Shown: positions 17,920 to 28,611, counted from the first letter of the stretch. The stretch is 64,000 bases of DNA from Hyphomonadaceae bacterium (GCA_009773395.1 WRPI01000007.1:118326-182325), one strand, 5' to 3'. Made by a program: numbers and translations. Notes: generated from the letters alone by a model not told the origin.

Positions 17920-17984
17920 TGTCATCCCGCACTTGTTGCGGGATCTCATGCCGCACGAGATCCCCGATTAAATCGGGGATGACA
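17920..17984. repeat. Solo head-to-head doublet of the GTCAT palindromic repeat
   Basis: TGTCATCCCGCACTTGTTGCGGGATCTC-ATGCCGCAC-GAGATCCCCGATTAAATCGGGGATGACA; same spacer as 2679-2687 and same two unit types as 3148-3212. Confidence 0.92.
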
Positions 17985-17986
17985 AT

Positions 17987-18724
17987 TTATCCTTCCAAGG
18001 CCTCGTCATCCATTTCATAATTGCCAAACACGTCTTGCACATCGTCATCGTCTTCCAATGTCTCAAGCAATTTCACAAGGCTGGTGGCGGCTTGGCCTTC
18101 GACGGGAATGGAAATATGCGGGCGCCACACAATATTTGCGCTTTGGGCATCGCCGTATTTGGCACAAAGCGCGCTGGAAACTTCGTTCAAATCTTCAAAC
18201 GCGCAAGTGATAATATGGCCTTCTTCGTCAATTTGAACATCATCAGCGCCCGCTTCAAGCGCGGTTTCCAACATTTCGTCTTCGCTGGCGATAGACAGCT
18301 CGAACCTGATTTCGCCGATGCGGTCAAAACCCGACGTCACAGAATTGGTTGTGCCCAAATTCCCGCCCATTTTTGAGAAATAGGAGCGCAAATTACCGCC
18401 CGTGCGATTGAGATTATCGGTCAAAGTCTCGACAATAAGGCCAATCCCGCCGGGGCCAAAGCCTTCATAACGAACTGATTTATAATCTTCACCACCGGCT
18501 GCTGCGGCAAGAGCAATTGCGCGTTCAATGCGGTCCTTTGGCATGGATACTGCGCGGCCATTTTGGATAGCAAGGCGCAGGCGCGGGTTCATCGCGGGGT
18601 CTGCCGCGCCAATTTTTGCCGCAACTGTAATTTCGCGCGCGATTTTGGTAAAGATTTTCGCCCGCATCGCGTCTTGGCGGCCTTTGCGGTGTTTGATATT
18701 CGCGAATTTGCTATGTCCAGCCAT
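17987..18724 (-). CDS. yebC: YebC/PmpR-family protein
   Basis: [46 protein letters not shown]. Confidence 0.96.
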   Translation of the reverse strand: MAGHSKFANIKHRKGRQDAMRAKIFTKIAREITVAAKIGAADPAMNPRLRLAIQNGRAVSMPKDRIERAIALAAAAGGEDYKSVRYEGFGPGGIGLIVETLTDNLNRTGGNLRSYFSKMGGNLGTTNSVTSGFDRIGEIRFELSIASEDEMLETALEAGADDVQIDEEGHIITCAFEDLNEVSSALCAKYGDAQSANIVWRPHISIPVEGQAATSLVKLLETLEDDDDVQDVFGNYEMDDEALEG

Positions 18725-18791
18725 TTGTATCTCTCATTGCATTCAATATTTGCCGTGCCATAATACAAATATTCTAATTGCATAAGGGGTG

Positions 18792-20042
18792 TTATGCAAT
18801 TTCGCGCTTATGAACCACAAAAGCCAAAAGGAACATAATCGCGAAAACTGGCAAAGTCGCGCCAATATGTGGTGCTTTCAAAGTGATAAAATGAAATAAT
18901 CCAATCCCAAAAAACCAAATTAGAACCAGTGGCCAAACAAATTTGGCATTTGTGGTGCTTTCTATTGTTCCAGATTTGGCAAATCGCCCCAATATCACGC
19001 CAAATAACGGCAAAAAGATGGAAGAAATCATAATCAAGAACTTCTCAAGATCATGCATTGGCAGAAATACGGCTGCAAAACCAGCCACAATAATTATTCC
19101 AACTGCCGCAGTTTCAAAGCTGATTTTCTCGTGCAATTGTTCGGACGAAGTGGCCCCCGAATATGTGTCGCCATAAGCATTATCAAGCTCATCAATAATG
19201 ATGAGTCCGAGAGCGATAAGGCCACCTTGCGCCAATAAAATGGTGGCCACTAAGCCAATGTCCGTCGGTGCAGCGTTGACGATTAAAAAGCCCAGCCCAT
19301 AACACCAAATATTGGCGAAGGCATAACCCAACCAAGTGCCTGATAATGTGCTCCTTGGGCTGCGGCCGTGGCGCGAATAATCACAAACCAATGGCAACCA
19401 CGAAATCGGCATGGCTAAGACCAAGTCCATGGCGCTCATCATTGGCATGTCGCCTTTACCGGGTTTGTCTAAAAACGCGCTTATGCCGCCATCTAATTTG
19501 CCCAAAAACTGATATGTAAGCCAGATAAGCGAGACTATAACCAACGGCAGCATGATTTTGGAGGCAAATTTACGCACCATTGTAACCATCGTGCCTTTCA
19601 CCAATAAATATAACAATATGCACCAACCAAATACGAAAACCGCGCGCCAGAATATACCGTCAAATCCGAGTTGGCTCGCAGCATTTACTACTGACATTGA
19701 ACCCTCTGACATTATGACCAATTCAAATGCAGTCCAACCTAATAATTGGAATATATTGAGTAATATTGGTAGTTTTGCGAAAGTAGTGCCAAACGTGCTT
19801 TGCATCAATTGCGCGGAATTAAGCCCCGTTTGCTGCCCTAGCCTTGCAACATATGCCAAAATGCCCGAGCCAATTACAGACCCCATCACAATGACCAACA
19901 TGGCATCGCGCGAACCAAGCGCGGGCGAGAGGAAACTGCCCATTTGTATAACCAACAGGCCAACGCCCAATGAAAACCAAAGCGAAACATGATGGTGCCA
20001 CATGAAGGGCTTATCAAGGGCTTGGTTGTTTGGCTCATTCAT
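18792..20042 (-). CDS. cytX: NCS1-family permease, CytX-like putative hydroxymethylpyrimidine transporter
   Basis: About 12 TM segments, MPISWLPLVCDYSR, IIDELDNAYGD; TPP riboswitch upstream. Start ATG 20042 after GAGGAG. Confidence 0.85.
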   Translation of the reverse strand: MNEPNNQALDKPFMWHHHVSLWFSLGVGLLVIQMGSFLSPALGSRDAMLVIVMGSVIGSGILAYVARLGQQTGLNSAQLMQSTFGTTFAKLPILLNIFQLLGWTAFELVIMSEGSMSVVNAASQLGFDGIFWRAVFVFGWCILLYLLVKGTMVTMVRKFASKIMLPLVIVSLIWLTYQFLGKLDGGISAFLDKPGKGDMPMMSAMDLVLAMPISWLPLVCDYSRHGRSPRSTLSGTWLGYAFANIWCYGLGFLIVNAAPTDIGLVATILLAQGGLIALGLIIIDELDNAYGDTYSGATSSEQLHEKISFETAAVGIIIVAGFAAVFLPMHDLEKFLIMISSIFLPLFGVILGRFAKSGTIESTTNAKFVWPLVLIWFFGIGLFHFITLKAPHIGATLPVFAIMFLLAFVVHKREIA

Positions 20043-20099
20043 TTGACACACTCCTCACGTTGCCACGCTGTCAGGAGTTAAAAGGTAAAGCACACCTTC

Positions 20100-20172
20100 C
20101 ACTTCCCTGCGCGAGCATTATCTCTTTCAGGTTCAAAGGGTATTTCTCAGCTTATTTAAAAGCACCCCTAGC
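20100..20172 (-). ncRNA. TPP riboswitch (THI element)
   Basis: Minus strand CTAGGGGTGC...GCTGAGAAATACCCTTTGAACCTGAAAGAGATAATGCTCGCGCAGGGAAG, matching the GCTGAGA, ACCC, GAACCTGA, TAAT, GCG and AGGGA hallmarks. Confidence 0.93.
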
Positions 20173-20389
20173 ATTTGTAATTATGTGGCTTGTTTCGGCA
20201 AACAATGTCAAGAACTTGTCACAAAATACCTGCGTCATATGAACCAAAATCAAGCAAGTGGACTGGACGCAATGGTGCAGATTGTTTATATGCGCCTTGC
20301 GCTGTCGGCTGAACCATTGATTTGCGCTTTGGTCTGACTTCAAATCATTTTCAAAACAATCCCCAACGGGATATTTATCGGAGAAAACA

Positions 20390-21394
20390 ATGACTGTTCG
20401 TGTTGCAATTAATGGATTTGGCCGCATTGGTCGTTTGGTTTTACGTTCAATTGTTGAACATGGACGCACAGATATTGAAGTTGTTGGCATCAATGACCTT
20501 GGCCCAACCGCCACTAATGCCCATTTATTGAAATATGACAGTGTGCATGGCCGCTTTCCTGCTGAAGTTTCAATTGATGGCGATAGCATTGTAATTAACG
20601 GCAAGAAAATCAAAGTAACTGCCGAGCGCGATCCCGCTGCACTGCCTTGGGCTGCGCTTAATGTTGATGTTGCAATGGAATGCACTGGTATTTTCACCAA
20701 GCGCGATAAAGCCGCCGCACACTTGGCAGCAGGCGCGAAAAAAGTGCTTATTTCGGCCCCCGGCGATGGCGCCGACAAAACAATTGTTTATGGCGTAAAC
20801 CACACTAGCCTAACTTCTGCCGATACGGTTGTTTCCAACGCTTCGTGCACAACCAATTGTCTCTCACCAGTTGCTAAGGTTTTGAATGACGCGATTGGCA
20901 TCAATAATGGCTTTATGACTACAATCCATTCATATACTGGCGATCAGCCAACTTTGGATACAATGCATAGCGATTTATACCGCGCCCGTGCGGCAGCACT
21001 TTCAATGATTCCAACTTCGACTGGCGCAGCTAAAGCAGTTGGTTTGGTCTTGCCCGAGCTAAAAGGCAAATTGGACGGTGTCGCAATCCGCGTACCAACG
21101 CCAAATGTATCGGTGGTTGATTTGTGCTTTAATGCCAATCGCGCGACCACGGTTGAAGAAATAAATGCGGCAATTATTGCGGCTTCTGATGGCGCGCTGA
21201 AAGGCATTTTGGGTTATACTGCGGAGCCTTTGGTATCTTCTGATTTTAATCACAATAGTCATTCTTCGATTTTCGCTTTGGATCAAACCAAAGTGATGGA
21301 CGGCACTTTGGTGCGTATCCTAACTTGGTATGATAATGAGTGGGGCTTCTCAACCCGCATGAGTGACACTGCAATTCATATGGCTGGGCTATAA
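20390..21394 (+). CDS. gap: Glyceraldehyde-3-phosphate dehydrogenase type I
   Basis: [28 protein letters not shown]. Confidence 0.98.
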   Translation: MTVRVAINGFGRIGRLVLRSIVEHGRTDIEVVGINDLGPTATNAHLLKYDSVHGRFPAEVSIDGDSIVINGKKIKVTAERDPAALPWAALNVDVAMECTGIFTKRDKAAAHLAAGAKKVLISAPGDGADKTIVYGVNHTSLTSADTVVSNASCTTNCLSPVAKVLNDAIGINNGFMTTIHSYTGDQPTLDTMHSDLYRARAAALSMIPTSTGAAKAVGLVLPELKGKLDGVAIRVPTPNVSVVDLCFNANRATTVEEINAAIIAASDGALKGILGYTAEPLVSSDFNHNSHSSIFALDQTKVMDGTLVRILTWYDNEWGFSTRMSDTAIHMAGL

Positions 21395-21395
21395 A

Positions 21396-22595
21396 TTGGC
21401 TTTTAAACGTCTCGATGGATTATCAACTGCGGATTTAGCAGGCAAAGAAGTATTGGTGCGGGTTGATTTCAACGTGCCAATGCAAGATGGCGCAATTTCC
21501 GATGATACAAGGCTGCGCGCCGCTCTGCCAACATTGGAATTTTTGCGCGCGAATGGTGCGAAAGCGATATTGCTTTCGCATTTTGGCAGACCAAAAGGGC
21601 AAATTGAACCTTCAATGTCGCTTGCCAAAGTCGCGCCCGCCTTGGGCGCTTTATTGGGGCAAAATGTAAAATTCGCGGCAGATTGCAAGGGTCATATTGC
21701 ACAAAATGCAATTTCGCAAATGCAAAATGGCGATGTTTTATTGCTAGAAAATACCCGCTTTTATGCTGGCGAAGAAAAAAATGACCCGCAATTAGCCAAA
21801 GAAATGGCGGCTTTGGGTGATTTATATGTCAATGATGCATTTTCGGCCGCACATCGCGCCCATGCTTCGACCGAAGGAATAACCAAATTCCTGCCAAGTT
21901 TTGCTGGTTTCTCAATGGCGCGTGAGCTTGACCATTTGGACAAAGCATTGGGTTCGCCAACTCGTCCTATTTTGGCAATTGTTGGCGGTGCGAAAGTTTC
22001 GTCCAAAATTGATTTATTGGAAAATTTAGTCGCCAAAGTCGATTATCTGGCAATTGGCGGCGGAATGGCAAATACATTTTTGGCTTCCCTTGGCATCAAT
22101 GTTGGCAAAAGCCTGTGTGAGCCAGAATTATTGGCGAAAGCAAAAGCTATCAGTGCCGCAGCCGCCAAGAACAAATGCACAATTTTATTGCCGCAAGATG
22201 TTGTGGTTGCCAAAGAATTTAGGGCGGACCCGCCTGTCCGCACCTGTTTGCCAAATGAAGTCGCAAGTGATGAAATGATTTTGGATGCTGGCCCAAAAAG
22301 CGTTGCCGCTTTGAGCGCAATTATGGAAAAATGCAAAACCATTATTTGGAATGGGCCTTTGGGCGCGTTTGAAATGACGCCGTTCGATGCAGCAACTGTT
22401 GCTGCCGCCAAAGCTGCGGGAAAACTTTGCCAAGCAGGCCAATTGATTGCGGTGGCTGGCGGCGGTGATACGGTATCGGCGCTTAATCACGCTGGTGTTG
22501 CTGACGAGTTCAGTTTCATTTCAACTGCTGGCGGCGCATTCCTTGAATGGATGGAAGGCAAAGCATTACCAGGTGTAACGGCTTTGGAAAAATAG
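21396..22595 (+). CDS. pgk: Phosphoglycerate kinase
   Basis: [64 protein letters not shown] start right after the gap stop. Confidence 0.97.
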   Translation: MAFKRLDGLSTADLAGKEVLVRVDFNVPMQDGAISDDTRLRAALPTLEFLRANGAKAILLSHFGRPKGQIEPSMSLAKVAPALGALLGQNVKFAADCKGHIAQNAISQMQNGDVLLLENTRFYAGEEKNDPQLAKEMAALGDLYVNDAFSAAHRAHASTEGITKFLPSFAGFSMARELDHLDKALGSPTRPILAIVGGAKVSSKIDLLENLVAKVDYLAIGGGMANTFLASLGINVGKSLCEPELLAKAKAISAAAAKNKCTILLPQDVVVAKEFRADPPVRTCLPNEVASDEMILDAGPKSVAALSAIMEKCKTIIWNGPLGAFEMTPFDAATVAAAKAAGKLCQAGQLIAVAGGGDTVSALNHAGVADEFSFISTAGGAFLEWMEGKALPGVTALEK

Positions 22596-23227
22596 TGAAA
22601 TCACAGCTTTATTTAATTTCACCACCAAAAATTGACGATGTCCTCAAGTTTCAAAAAACCTTGGACGAAATAATTGCGGTGGGGGAAATTGCCTGTTTCC
22701 AACTTCGACTTAAGGAAATAGAAAACCGCGACATTGCGAAAATTGGCAAAGAAATTTTCCCGATTTTGCAAGATGCCGGCATTGCGTGCATAATGAATGA
22801 CAATGCGAGACTTGCGCGCGATACACATGCAGATGGAGTGCATTTGGGTCAAAGCGATGGCACAATTAAAGAAGCGCGCGAGATTTTGGGCAAGGACGCA
22901 ACAATTGGCGTTACCTGCCATAATTCAACCCATTTGGGCTTGGTCGCCGCCGAACAGGGTGCTGATTATGTCGCATTTGGTGCATTTTATGAAACCCAAA
23001 CCAAAATTTCCGCTCCGCGCGCCGAGCTCGAAATCCTTAAATGGTGGCAGGATGTTATGGAAATTCCTTGCGTTGCAATTGGTGGCATCACGCCTGAAAA
23101 TGCCTTGCCGATAATTAATGCGGGTGCCGATTTTATTGCTGTATCTTCTGCTATATGGAATAATCCTCAAGGGCCAGCACAAGCGGTTATCAAATATAAT
23201 GAAGTTGTCAAAAAAGCGTCTTTCTAA
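22595..23227 (+). CDS. thiE: Thiamine-phosphate synthase (ThiE/TenI family)
   Basis: FQLRLK, IMND, ADGVHLGQSD, IGVTCH, DYVAFG, VAIGGIT. GTG start overlaps the pgk stop. Confidence 0.9.
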   Translation: MKSQLYLISPPKIDDVLKFQKTLDEIIAVGEIACFQLRLKEIENRDIAKIGKEIFPILQDAGIACIMNDNARLARDTHADGVHLGQSDGTIKEAREILGKDATIGVTCHNSTHLGLVAAEQGADYVAFGAFYETQTKISAPRAELEILKWWQDVMEIPCVAIGGITPENALPIINAGADFIAVSSAIWNNPQGPAQAVIKYNEVVKKASF

Positions 23228-24176
23228 AATATTATTGTTTTTCGTGGCCGCAATTTCATTGCTGGCAAATATTGCGCTTGCCGATGGGCCATTGCCGCGA
23301 ATGCCAAAAGGCCCAACCCCTAAAACCGACCTTTTGACCCAGCAACCATTATTAGCGCCAAGTGTTGGCGAATTGCGAAATGCAATGCGCGCCTATCGCC
23401 AAGGAAATTATCCCCGTGCATTATTGATTTCCAAAAACCTTGCCGAACGTGGCAATGGCGATGCCGCCGCGCTTGCAGGGTTTATTTATGAAAAAGGTCT
23501 TGGAACTGCTGTTGATTATTCCAATGCGGCGCGCTTTTACAAAATGGGGATTGTGCAAAATTCGACAGATTCAATGGTCGGATTAGGGCGAATGTTGGTC
23601 GATGGCCATTTGAACGCTTCGCTTGCAACAAATGCCGAAGTTAAAACTGCTTTAGAACGCGCAATTGCTTTGGGGCGCAAAGATGCGGAATCCCTTCTCG
23701 GGTCGGTTTTGATTGCGCATTTTGCAAGCCCAGAAAATAACCAAAGAGCATTTGAGCTTTACAAATCGGCGGCCGCAATCGACGCAGGCGCTGCCTATCA
23801 AGCGGCAATAATGCTTGATGATGGCGAGCCAAACCCTGTCGATGACGTCACACTTGCTGCACCTTTACTCAAGCAAGCCGCCGAAGCAGGCATTGTTCCT
23901 GCGCAGTCTGACTATGGCCGTATATTATTTGGCGGGCACGGCATTGAAGAAAACCGCAGCGAAGCCGCGATATGGTTTCGCAAAGCCGCCGAAGCCCATG
24001 ACATTGACGGCAGTTTTTATTGGGCGGTTGTAAATGCCAATGGGCTTGGAGTGCCGCGCAATATAGAAATTGCCAAAACCTATGCCAATTTTGCGCGCCA
24101 CCAATTGCCCGATGCGCAACGGCTTTATGAGCAAATATTGGCGTTTGAAGCGGCACGAACTGCACCGCGCAACTAG
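23199..24176 (+). CDS. Sel1-repeat (TPR-like) exported protein
   Basis: Signal peptide-like N-terminus and repeats such as AAALAGFIYEKGLG, AQSDYGRILFGGHGIEENRSEAAIWFRKAAE, AVVNANGLGVPRN. Confidence 0.85.
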   Translation: MKLSKKRLSKILLFFVAAISLLANIALADGPLPRMPKGPTPKTDLLTQQPLLAPSVGELRNAMRAYRQGNYPRALLISKNLAERGNGDAAALAGFIYEKGLGTAVDYSNAARFYKMGIVQNSTDSMVGLGRMLVDGHLNASLATNAEVKTALERAIALGRKDAESLLGSVLIAHFASPENNQRAFELYKSAAAIDAGAAYQAAIMLDDGEPNPVDDVTLAAPLLKQAAEAGIVPAQSDYGRILFGGHGIEENRSEAAIWFRKAAEAHDIDGSFYWAVVNANGLGVPRNIEIAKTYANFARHQLPDAQRLYEQILAFEAARTAPRN

Positions 24177-24252
24177 CAATATGTGCAGGTTTGCGATAAG
24201 TGAGCGCACGACCTCAAATGGTCAGTTGTTTTATATCGTGGAGATTTGCATC

Positions 24253-25050
24253 ATGAGTGGTATGTCACCGCTTCTCACAATTATGACCAATGCCGCCATT
24301 AAAGCTGGCAAGGCAATAAAGCGCGACTTTGGCGAAGTTGAGAATTTGCAAGTTTCCAAAAAGGGCCCGTCCGACTATGTAACTGCTGCCGATAAAAAGG
24401 CCGAAGATGTCATTTTTGAAGAATTGGCCAAAGGCCGCCCGGGTTATGGTTTTTTGGGCGAAGAACGCGGCTTCATTGAAGGCAGTGACAAAACCCACCG
24501 CTTCATTGTGGATCCAATCGATGGCACTACCAATTTTATTCACGCAATTCCGCATTTTGGCATTTCCATTGCCCTAGAACGCGAAGGCCGCCTTGTAGCC
24601 GGCGTTGTTTATAACCCGATTAGTGATGAGATGTTTTGGGCCGAAGTTGGCAAAGGTGCTTATCGCAATGATTATCGCCTCAAAGTGGCAGGGCGCAAAC
24701 AATTATCGGATTGCATTTTAGCAACTGGCATTCCGTGGCAAGGTATTCCCGGGCATGGTCAATTTTTCAAAGAACTGCATAGCTTTACCCAAAAAGTCGC
24801 TGGCATAAGGCGTTTTGGTGCGGCATCATTGGATTTGTGTTGGGTCGCGGCAGGACGTTTTGATGGATATTGGGAACGCAATCTCAAGATTTGGGACTTA
24901 GCGGCGGGCGTTGTCATTTTGCGCGAAGCTGGCGGCATAGCCAGCGAAATTGACGGTGGTGATTTTACCCAAACTGGCAATATTATTGCTGGCAATCAAT
25001 ATGTTTTGGCGGCAATGCAAAAGCAATTGAAAGTGGCGAACTCGAAGTAA
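24253..25050 (+). CDS. suhB: Inositol monophosphatase family protein SuhB
   Basis: DYVTAAD, GEE, VDPIDGTTNF, RRFGAASLDLCWVAAGRFDGYWE, WDLAAG. Confidence 0.95.
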   Translation: MSGMSPLLTIMTNAAIKAGKAIKRDFGEVENLQVSKKGPSDYVTAADKKAEDVIFEELAKGRPGYGFLGEERGFIEGSDKTHRFIVDPIDGTTNFIHAIPHFGISIALEREGRLVAGVVYNPISDEMFWAEVGKGAYRNDYRLKVAGRKQLSDCILATGIPWQGIPGHGQFFKELHSFTQKVAGIRRFGAASLDLCWVAAGRFDGYWERNLKIWDLAAGVVILREAGGIASEIDGGDFTQTGNIIAGNQYVLAAMQKQLKVANSK

Positions 25051-25090
25051 TGATACTTGCGCTTTGCATTATGAGCGCTTAAATCGGTTC

Positions 25091-25252
25091 TGGCGGTACT
25101 GTGGCCTTTGTGGGATGTAAATATCTCGCTGACCTAACTCTTCCATCGGGAGCTGGCTATGGACTGAACCGTGGTTCTGACTATCTGGCGCCCACCTGTA
25201 AAACCAGGTCGCACGGAGATGAGTTGACATTTTACGGGGTCTTGGTTCCGCC
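25091..25252 (+). ncRNA. ssrS: 6S RNA
   Basis: About 160-nt rod with closing stem TGGCGG...CCGCCA and GTAAAT/ATTTAC pairing; alphaproteobacterial-type GGGAGCTG and GGCGCCCACCT segments; directly upstream of ygfA. Ends approximate; strand inferred from synteny and motif memory. Confidence 0.85.
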
Positions 25253-25302
25253 AACTTTGTTTTGAATTAGTGCTGCTTTTTGCAGCTTAGAAAATTGCTT
25301 TG

Positions 25303-25893
25303 ATGCAAATTGAGAAAAGCCAGATAAGAGAAGCAGCCAAAATACGGCGAGCTGCGGCATTTGCACGTGATTCCAGTGCTGGCGAAAAACTTCTGAATAT
25401 GTTTCCCAAGAAAACCCTTAACCCTTGCACAATTGTCGCGGGTTATATGCCAATTGGAACTGAAATAGACCCCAAGCCATTGATGCGGGAACTCGAAGAT
25501 CAAGGGGCGCGCCTTTGTTTGCCTCGTGTCAATAACGTGTCCCACGGCCTTGATTTTTACGAATATGAAATTGGCGACGAACTTGAAACTAGCGATTTTG
25601 GTGTGCGCGAACCATTTGCCACCCGAAAGCAAGTGACGCCAAATTGGCTATTAGTTCCGCTTTTGGCATTTGACAAAAACTGCAATCGGCTTGGTTATGG
25701 CAAAGGTTTTTATGATGCCGCACTTGCGAATTTGAAAAAAGACGGCGTTATCAGTTTTGGCATTGCATATACTGCACAAGAATTTGGTGGCATCCCCATT
25801 GAGCAGCACGACGAACCACTGGACTTTATTGTCACAGAAATCACGCGCTATCAGGCTTTGAAACCAACAGGAAATAGTTTGGAAATCTTATGA
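25303..25893 (+). CDS. ygfA: 5-formyltetrahydrofolate cyclo-ligase
   Basis: EIDP, LCLPRV, VPLLAFDKNCNRLGYGKGFYD, EQHDEPLDFIVTE. Confidence 0.95.
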   Translation: MQIEKSQIREAAKIRRAAAFARDSSAGEKLLNMFPKKTLNPCTIVAGYMPIGTEIDPKPLMRELEDQGARLCLPRVNNVSHGLDFYEYEIGDELETSDFGVREPFATRKQVTPNWLLVPLLAFDKNCNRLGYGKGFYDAALANLKKDGVISFGIAYTAQEFGGIPIEQHDEPLDFIVTEITRYQALKPTGNSLEIL

Positions 25894-26711
25894 AAATTGC
25901 ATTTTTCGGTGATGTGGTTGGCCGCCCTGGGCGCGATATTTTGAGTGCTCGTTTGCCAAGCATTCGCGAAAAACTCGGGCTCGATTTTGTCTGCGTCAAT
26001 GGCGAAAACGCCGCCGGTGGTTTTGGCATCACCCAAAGCGTTGCCAGTGAAATATTTGATGCAGGTGCTGATTGCATAACCCTTGGCAATCACGAATGGG
26101 ATCAACGTGAAGCCCTTACTTATATTGAGCGCGAGCCACGGCTTTTGCGGGTCTGCAACTACCCACCATTGACCAACCCCCCGGGGCGCGGCGCACAATT
26201 GTTCAATGTGGGCGGCTATAATATTCTCGTGGTCTCAGTAATGGGCCGCCTTTATATGGATAGTTTAGACTGCGCTTATTCGGCAGTTGAACGCGAAGTC
26301 TCGGCCTGCCCATTAAAGGAAATGGCCGACGCAATTATCATTGATGTCCATGCCGAAGCCAGTGGCGAAAAACAGGGCATTGGTCATTTTCTTGATGGCC
26401 GCGTGAGTTTGGTAGTTGGAACTCACACCCATGTGCCAACCGCCGACGCACGAATTTTACAACACGGCACAGGTTTTATTACAGACCTCGGAATGTGCGG
26501 CGATTATGACAGTGTTTTGGGCATGAATAAGGAAATCTCCGTCCGCCGCCAATCAGTGCGCCTCCCCCACCAACGCCACGAACCCGCAATGGGCCAAGCC
26601 ATGGCCTGCGGAGTAATTGCGCAAATCGACATTAAAACTGGGCTATGCACACGCATCGAACCAATAAGATTCGGGAATGGGTTGGTTGAAGTGGTACCCG
26701 ATTTTTCTTGA
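25890..26711 (+). CDS. YmdB/TIGR00282 metallophosphoesterase
   Basis: FFGDVVGRPG, NGENAAGGFG, TLGNH, DVHAEASGEK, VGTHTHVPTAD, TDLGMCG. Confidence 0.95.
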   Translation: MKIAFFGDVVGRPGRDILSARLPSIREKLGLDFVCVNGENAAGGFGITQSVASEIFDAGADCITLGNHEWDQREALTYIEREPRLLRVCNYPPLTNPPGRGAQLFNVGGYNILVVSVMGRLYMDSLDCAYSAVEREVSACPLKEMADAIIIDVHAEASGEKQGIGHFLDGRVSLVVGTHTHVPTADARILQHGTGFITDLGMCGDYDSVLGMNKEISVRRQSVRLPHQRHEPAMGQAMACGVIAQIDIKTGLCTRIEPIRFGNGLVEVVPDFS

Positions 26712-26759
26712 CATTATTGCGAACTAGTCGCAGTATCGAACTAATTGAAGGAGCGCATT

Positions 26760-27116
26760 ATGAATTATATTGATGGTTGCATAATTCCAGTTAAACATGC
26801 CAACAAAGATGCCTATTTTGCTATGGCAAGTAAAATGAAGGACTTGTTTCTTAAATATGGCGCTTTGCGGGTAGTTGAAACATGGCAGGACAATGTTCCA
26901 CACGGCAAAGTCACAGACCTTTATCGCGCGGTTGCTGCGACTGAAGACGAAGGCTTGGTTTTTTCTTGGATTGAATGGCCCAACAAAGAAGTGCGCGACA
27001 TTGGCTTCGAAAAAGTATTTGCTGATGAGGGCATGCAAATGAACGGGGATTCACAGCCCTTTGATGGTAAAAGAATGATATTTGGCAGCTTCAATATTAT
27101 GATTGATGGCTCATAA
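26760..27116 (+). CDS. DUF1428 family protein
   Basis: MNYIDG...YGALRVVETWQDNVPHGKVTD...VFSWIEWP...PFDGKRMIFGSF. Confidence 0.9.
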   Translation: MNYIDGCIIPVKHANKDAYFAMASKMKDLFLKYGALRVVETWQDNVPHGKVTDLYRAVAATEDEGLVFSWIEWPNKEVRDIGFEKVFADEGMQMNGDSQPFDGKRMIFGSFNIMIDGS

Positions 27117-28607
27117 TTTTGGCAATTTTATCAAATGTTTTTGCACTTTGCCTGCTGCTGTTCGCGGGAAATCTTTCACCTCAATAAAATGCTTTGGCAC
27201 TTTGAATGGCGCCAACAGGCCGCGGCAAAAAGCTGCTAAATCCGAATTAGCAATTGGTCCATTGGCAATATAAAGCGCAACACCAACTTCGCCCCATTTG
27301 GCATCAGGCACAGCAACAATTGCAACTTCGGTGATTTTTTCATGGCGGGCAAGCGCGTTTTCAACTTCGGCTGGATAGACATTTTCGCTGCCCGAAATAT
27401 ACATGTCTTTGGTGCGGCCCACGATATAATAATAGCCATCTTTGTCTTGCAGCGCAGTGTCACCAGATTTTAGCCATTTCACGCCCGATTCATCCACATG
27501 AAACGCTTCATTTGTTGCGGCTTCATTTTGCCAATAGCCGGGCGTAATTCCAGGGCCAGAAAAAAGTAAAGTACCGGCAGTGCCGATTGGGGCTTCATTA
27601 AATTGGCTATCGACAATTTTGACATTACACAATAATTGCGGTTTCCCCACAGATCCGATTTTGGCTTTTACGTTTTCCTTATCCATCATGAAAGCAGTCG
27701 GGCCAGTTTCGGTCATGCCCATGCCATTGCAGACAAGCGCGCCTTTATTTGCATAAAGTTCGACTAAATAGTCGGGCAAAGGCGCACCACCACAACCAAA
27801 AGAGCGCATTTTTGACAGATTAAGTTCGGTAAATTTTGGATGTTGGCTAAGTTGCAAATAAATTGCTGGCACGCCAAAAAAAGCCGTGATTTCGCCGTTT
27901 TCAATCAGTGAAATTACTTGGTCGGTATCAAAACCAGAAATAATTTTCGATGTATTGCCATTGAAAATGGCGGGCAAAGTATGAAGATTGATGCCTGCGG
28001 AATGAAAAAGCGGCAAAAAATTTAGGAAAATATCTTCGCTTACAATGTCGATTGCTTGGCCAATATTGACGGCATTGCAAAGCGCCATGCCATAAGTCTG
28101 AATAACGGCTTTCGGCATTCCCGTCGTGCCCGATGTCAAAAGCAAATACCAAATTTGGTTTGATGGCCAATTCTTGCGAGTGCGCATTGGGGCATGCACA
28201 GCTAGCAGCCCTTCATAATTTTTGTCAAAGTCGATTTTAATAAGGCCAGCGTCGGTTTGGCGGGCCAGAGCTTCATCTTCTTTGCCGTGAAATATAATCT
28301 TAGGGGAAAATCTAGCTAATAAATCGTCGTTTTCGGCCAAAGGCGCGCGCCAATTAAGTGGCACTAAAATTGCGCCAATTTTGGCGCAGGCAAATAATAG
28401 TTCAAAAAATGCGATGCGGTTGCGGCATAAAACTGCCACTCGGTCACCCTCAGAAATGCGATTGGCATTCAAAAGTGAGCCAAGTTTTTCGCTGCGCTGA
28501 TTTAATTCAGAAAATGAAACTTCCTTGCCGCTTTCCAATTCAAGCAACGCGATTTTGTGCGGGCTAAGGGCAGCGCGGTTTGCTAATAAATCGGGCAGCA
28601 TATCCAT
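27111..28607 (-). CDS. Acyl-CoA synthetase (AMP-forming, long-chain/aromatic acid ligase)
   Basis: LTSGTTGMPK, PLFHSAG, GMGMTETGP, SGDTA, GRTKDMYISGSENVYPAEVE, PRTAAGKVQK. Start set to ATG 28607. Confidence 0.93.
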   Translation of the reverse strand: MDMLPDLLANRAALSPHKIALLELESGKEVSFSELNQRSEKLGSLLNANRISEGDRVAVLCRNRIAFFELLFACAKIGAILVPLNWRAPLAENDDLLARFSPKIIFHGKEDEALARQTDAGLIKIDFDKNYEGLLAVHAPMRTRKNWPSNQIWYLLLTSGTTGMPKAVIQTYGMALCNAVNIGQAIDIVSEDIFLNFLPLFHSAGINLHTLPAIFNGNTSKIISGFDTDQVISLIENGEITAFFGVPAIYLQLSQHPKFTELNLSKMRSFGCGGAPLPDYLVELYANKGALVCNGMGMTETGPTAFMMDKENVKAKIGSVGKPQLLCNVKIVDSQFNEAPIGTAGTLLFSGPGITPGYWQNEAATNEAFHVDESGVKWLKSGDTALQDKDGYYYIVGRTKDMYISGSENVYPAEVENALARHEKITEVAIVAVPDAKWGEVGVALYIANGPIANSDLAAFCRGLLAPFKVPKHFIEVKDFPRTAAGKVQKHLIKLPKL

Positions 28608-28611
28608 TTGC

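Noticed and set aside
20152-20778. 208-aa minus-strand ORF
   Set aside because: Antisense shadow of gap with no recognisable motifs.
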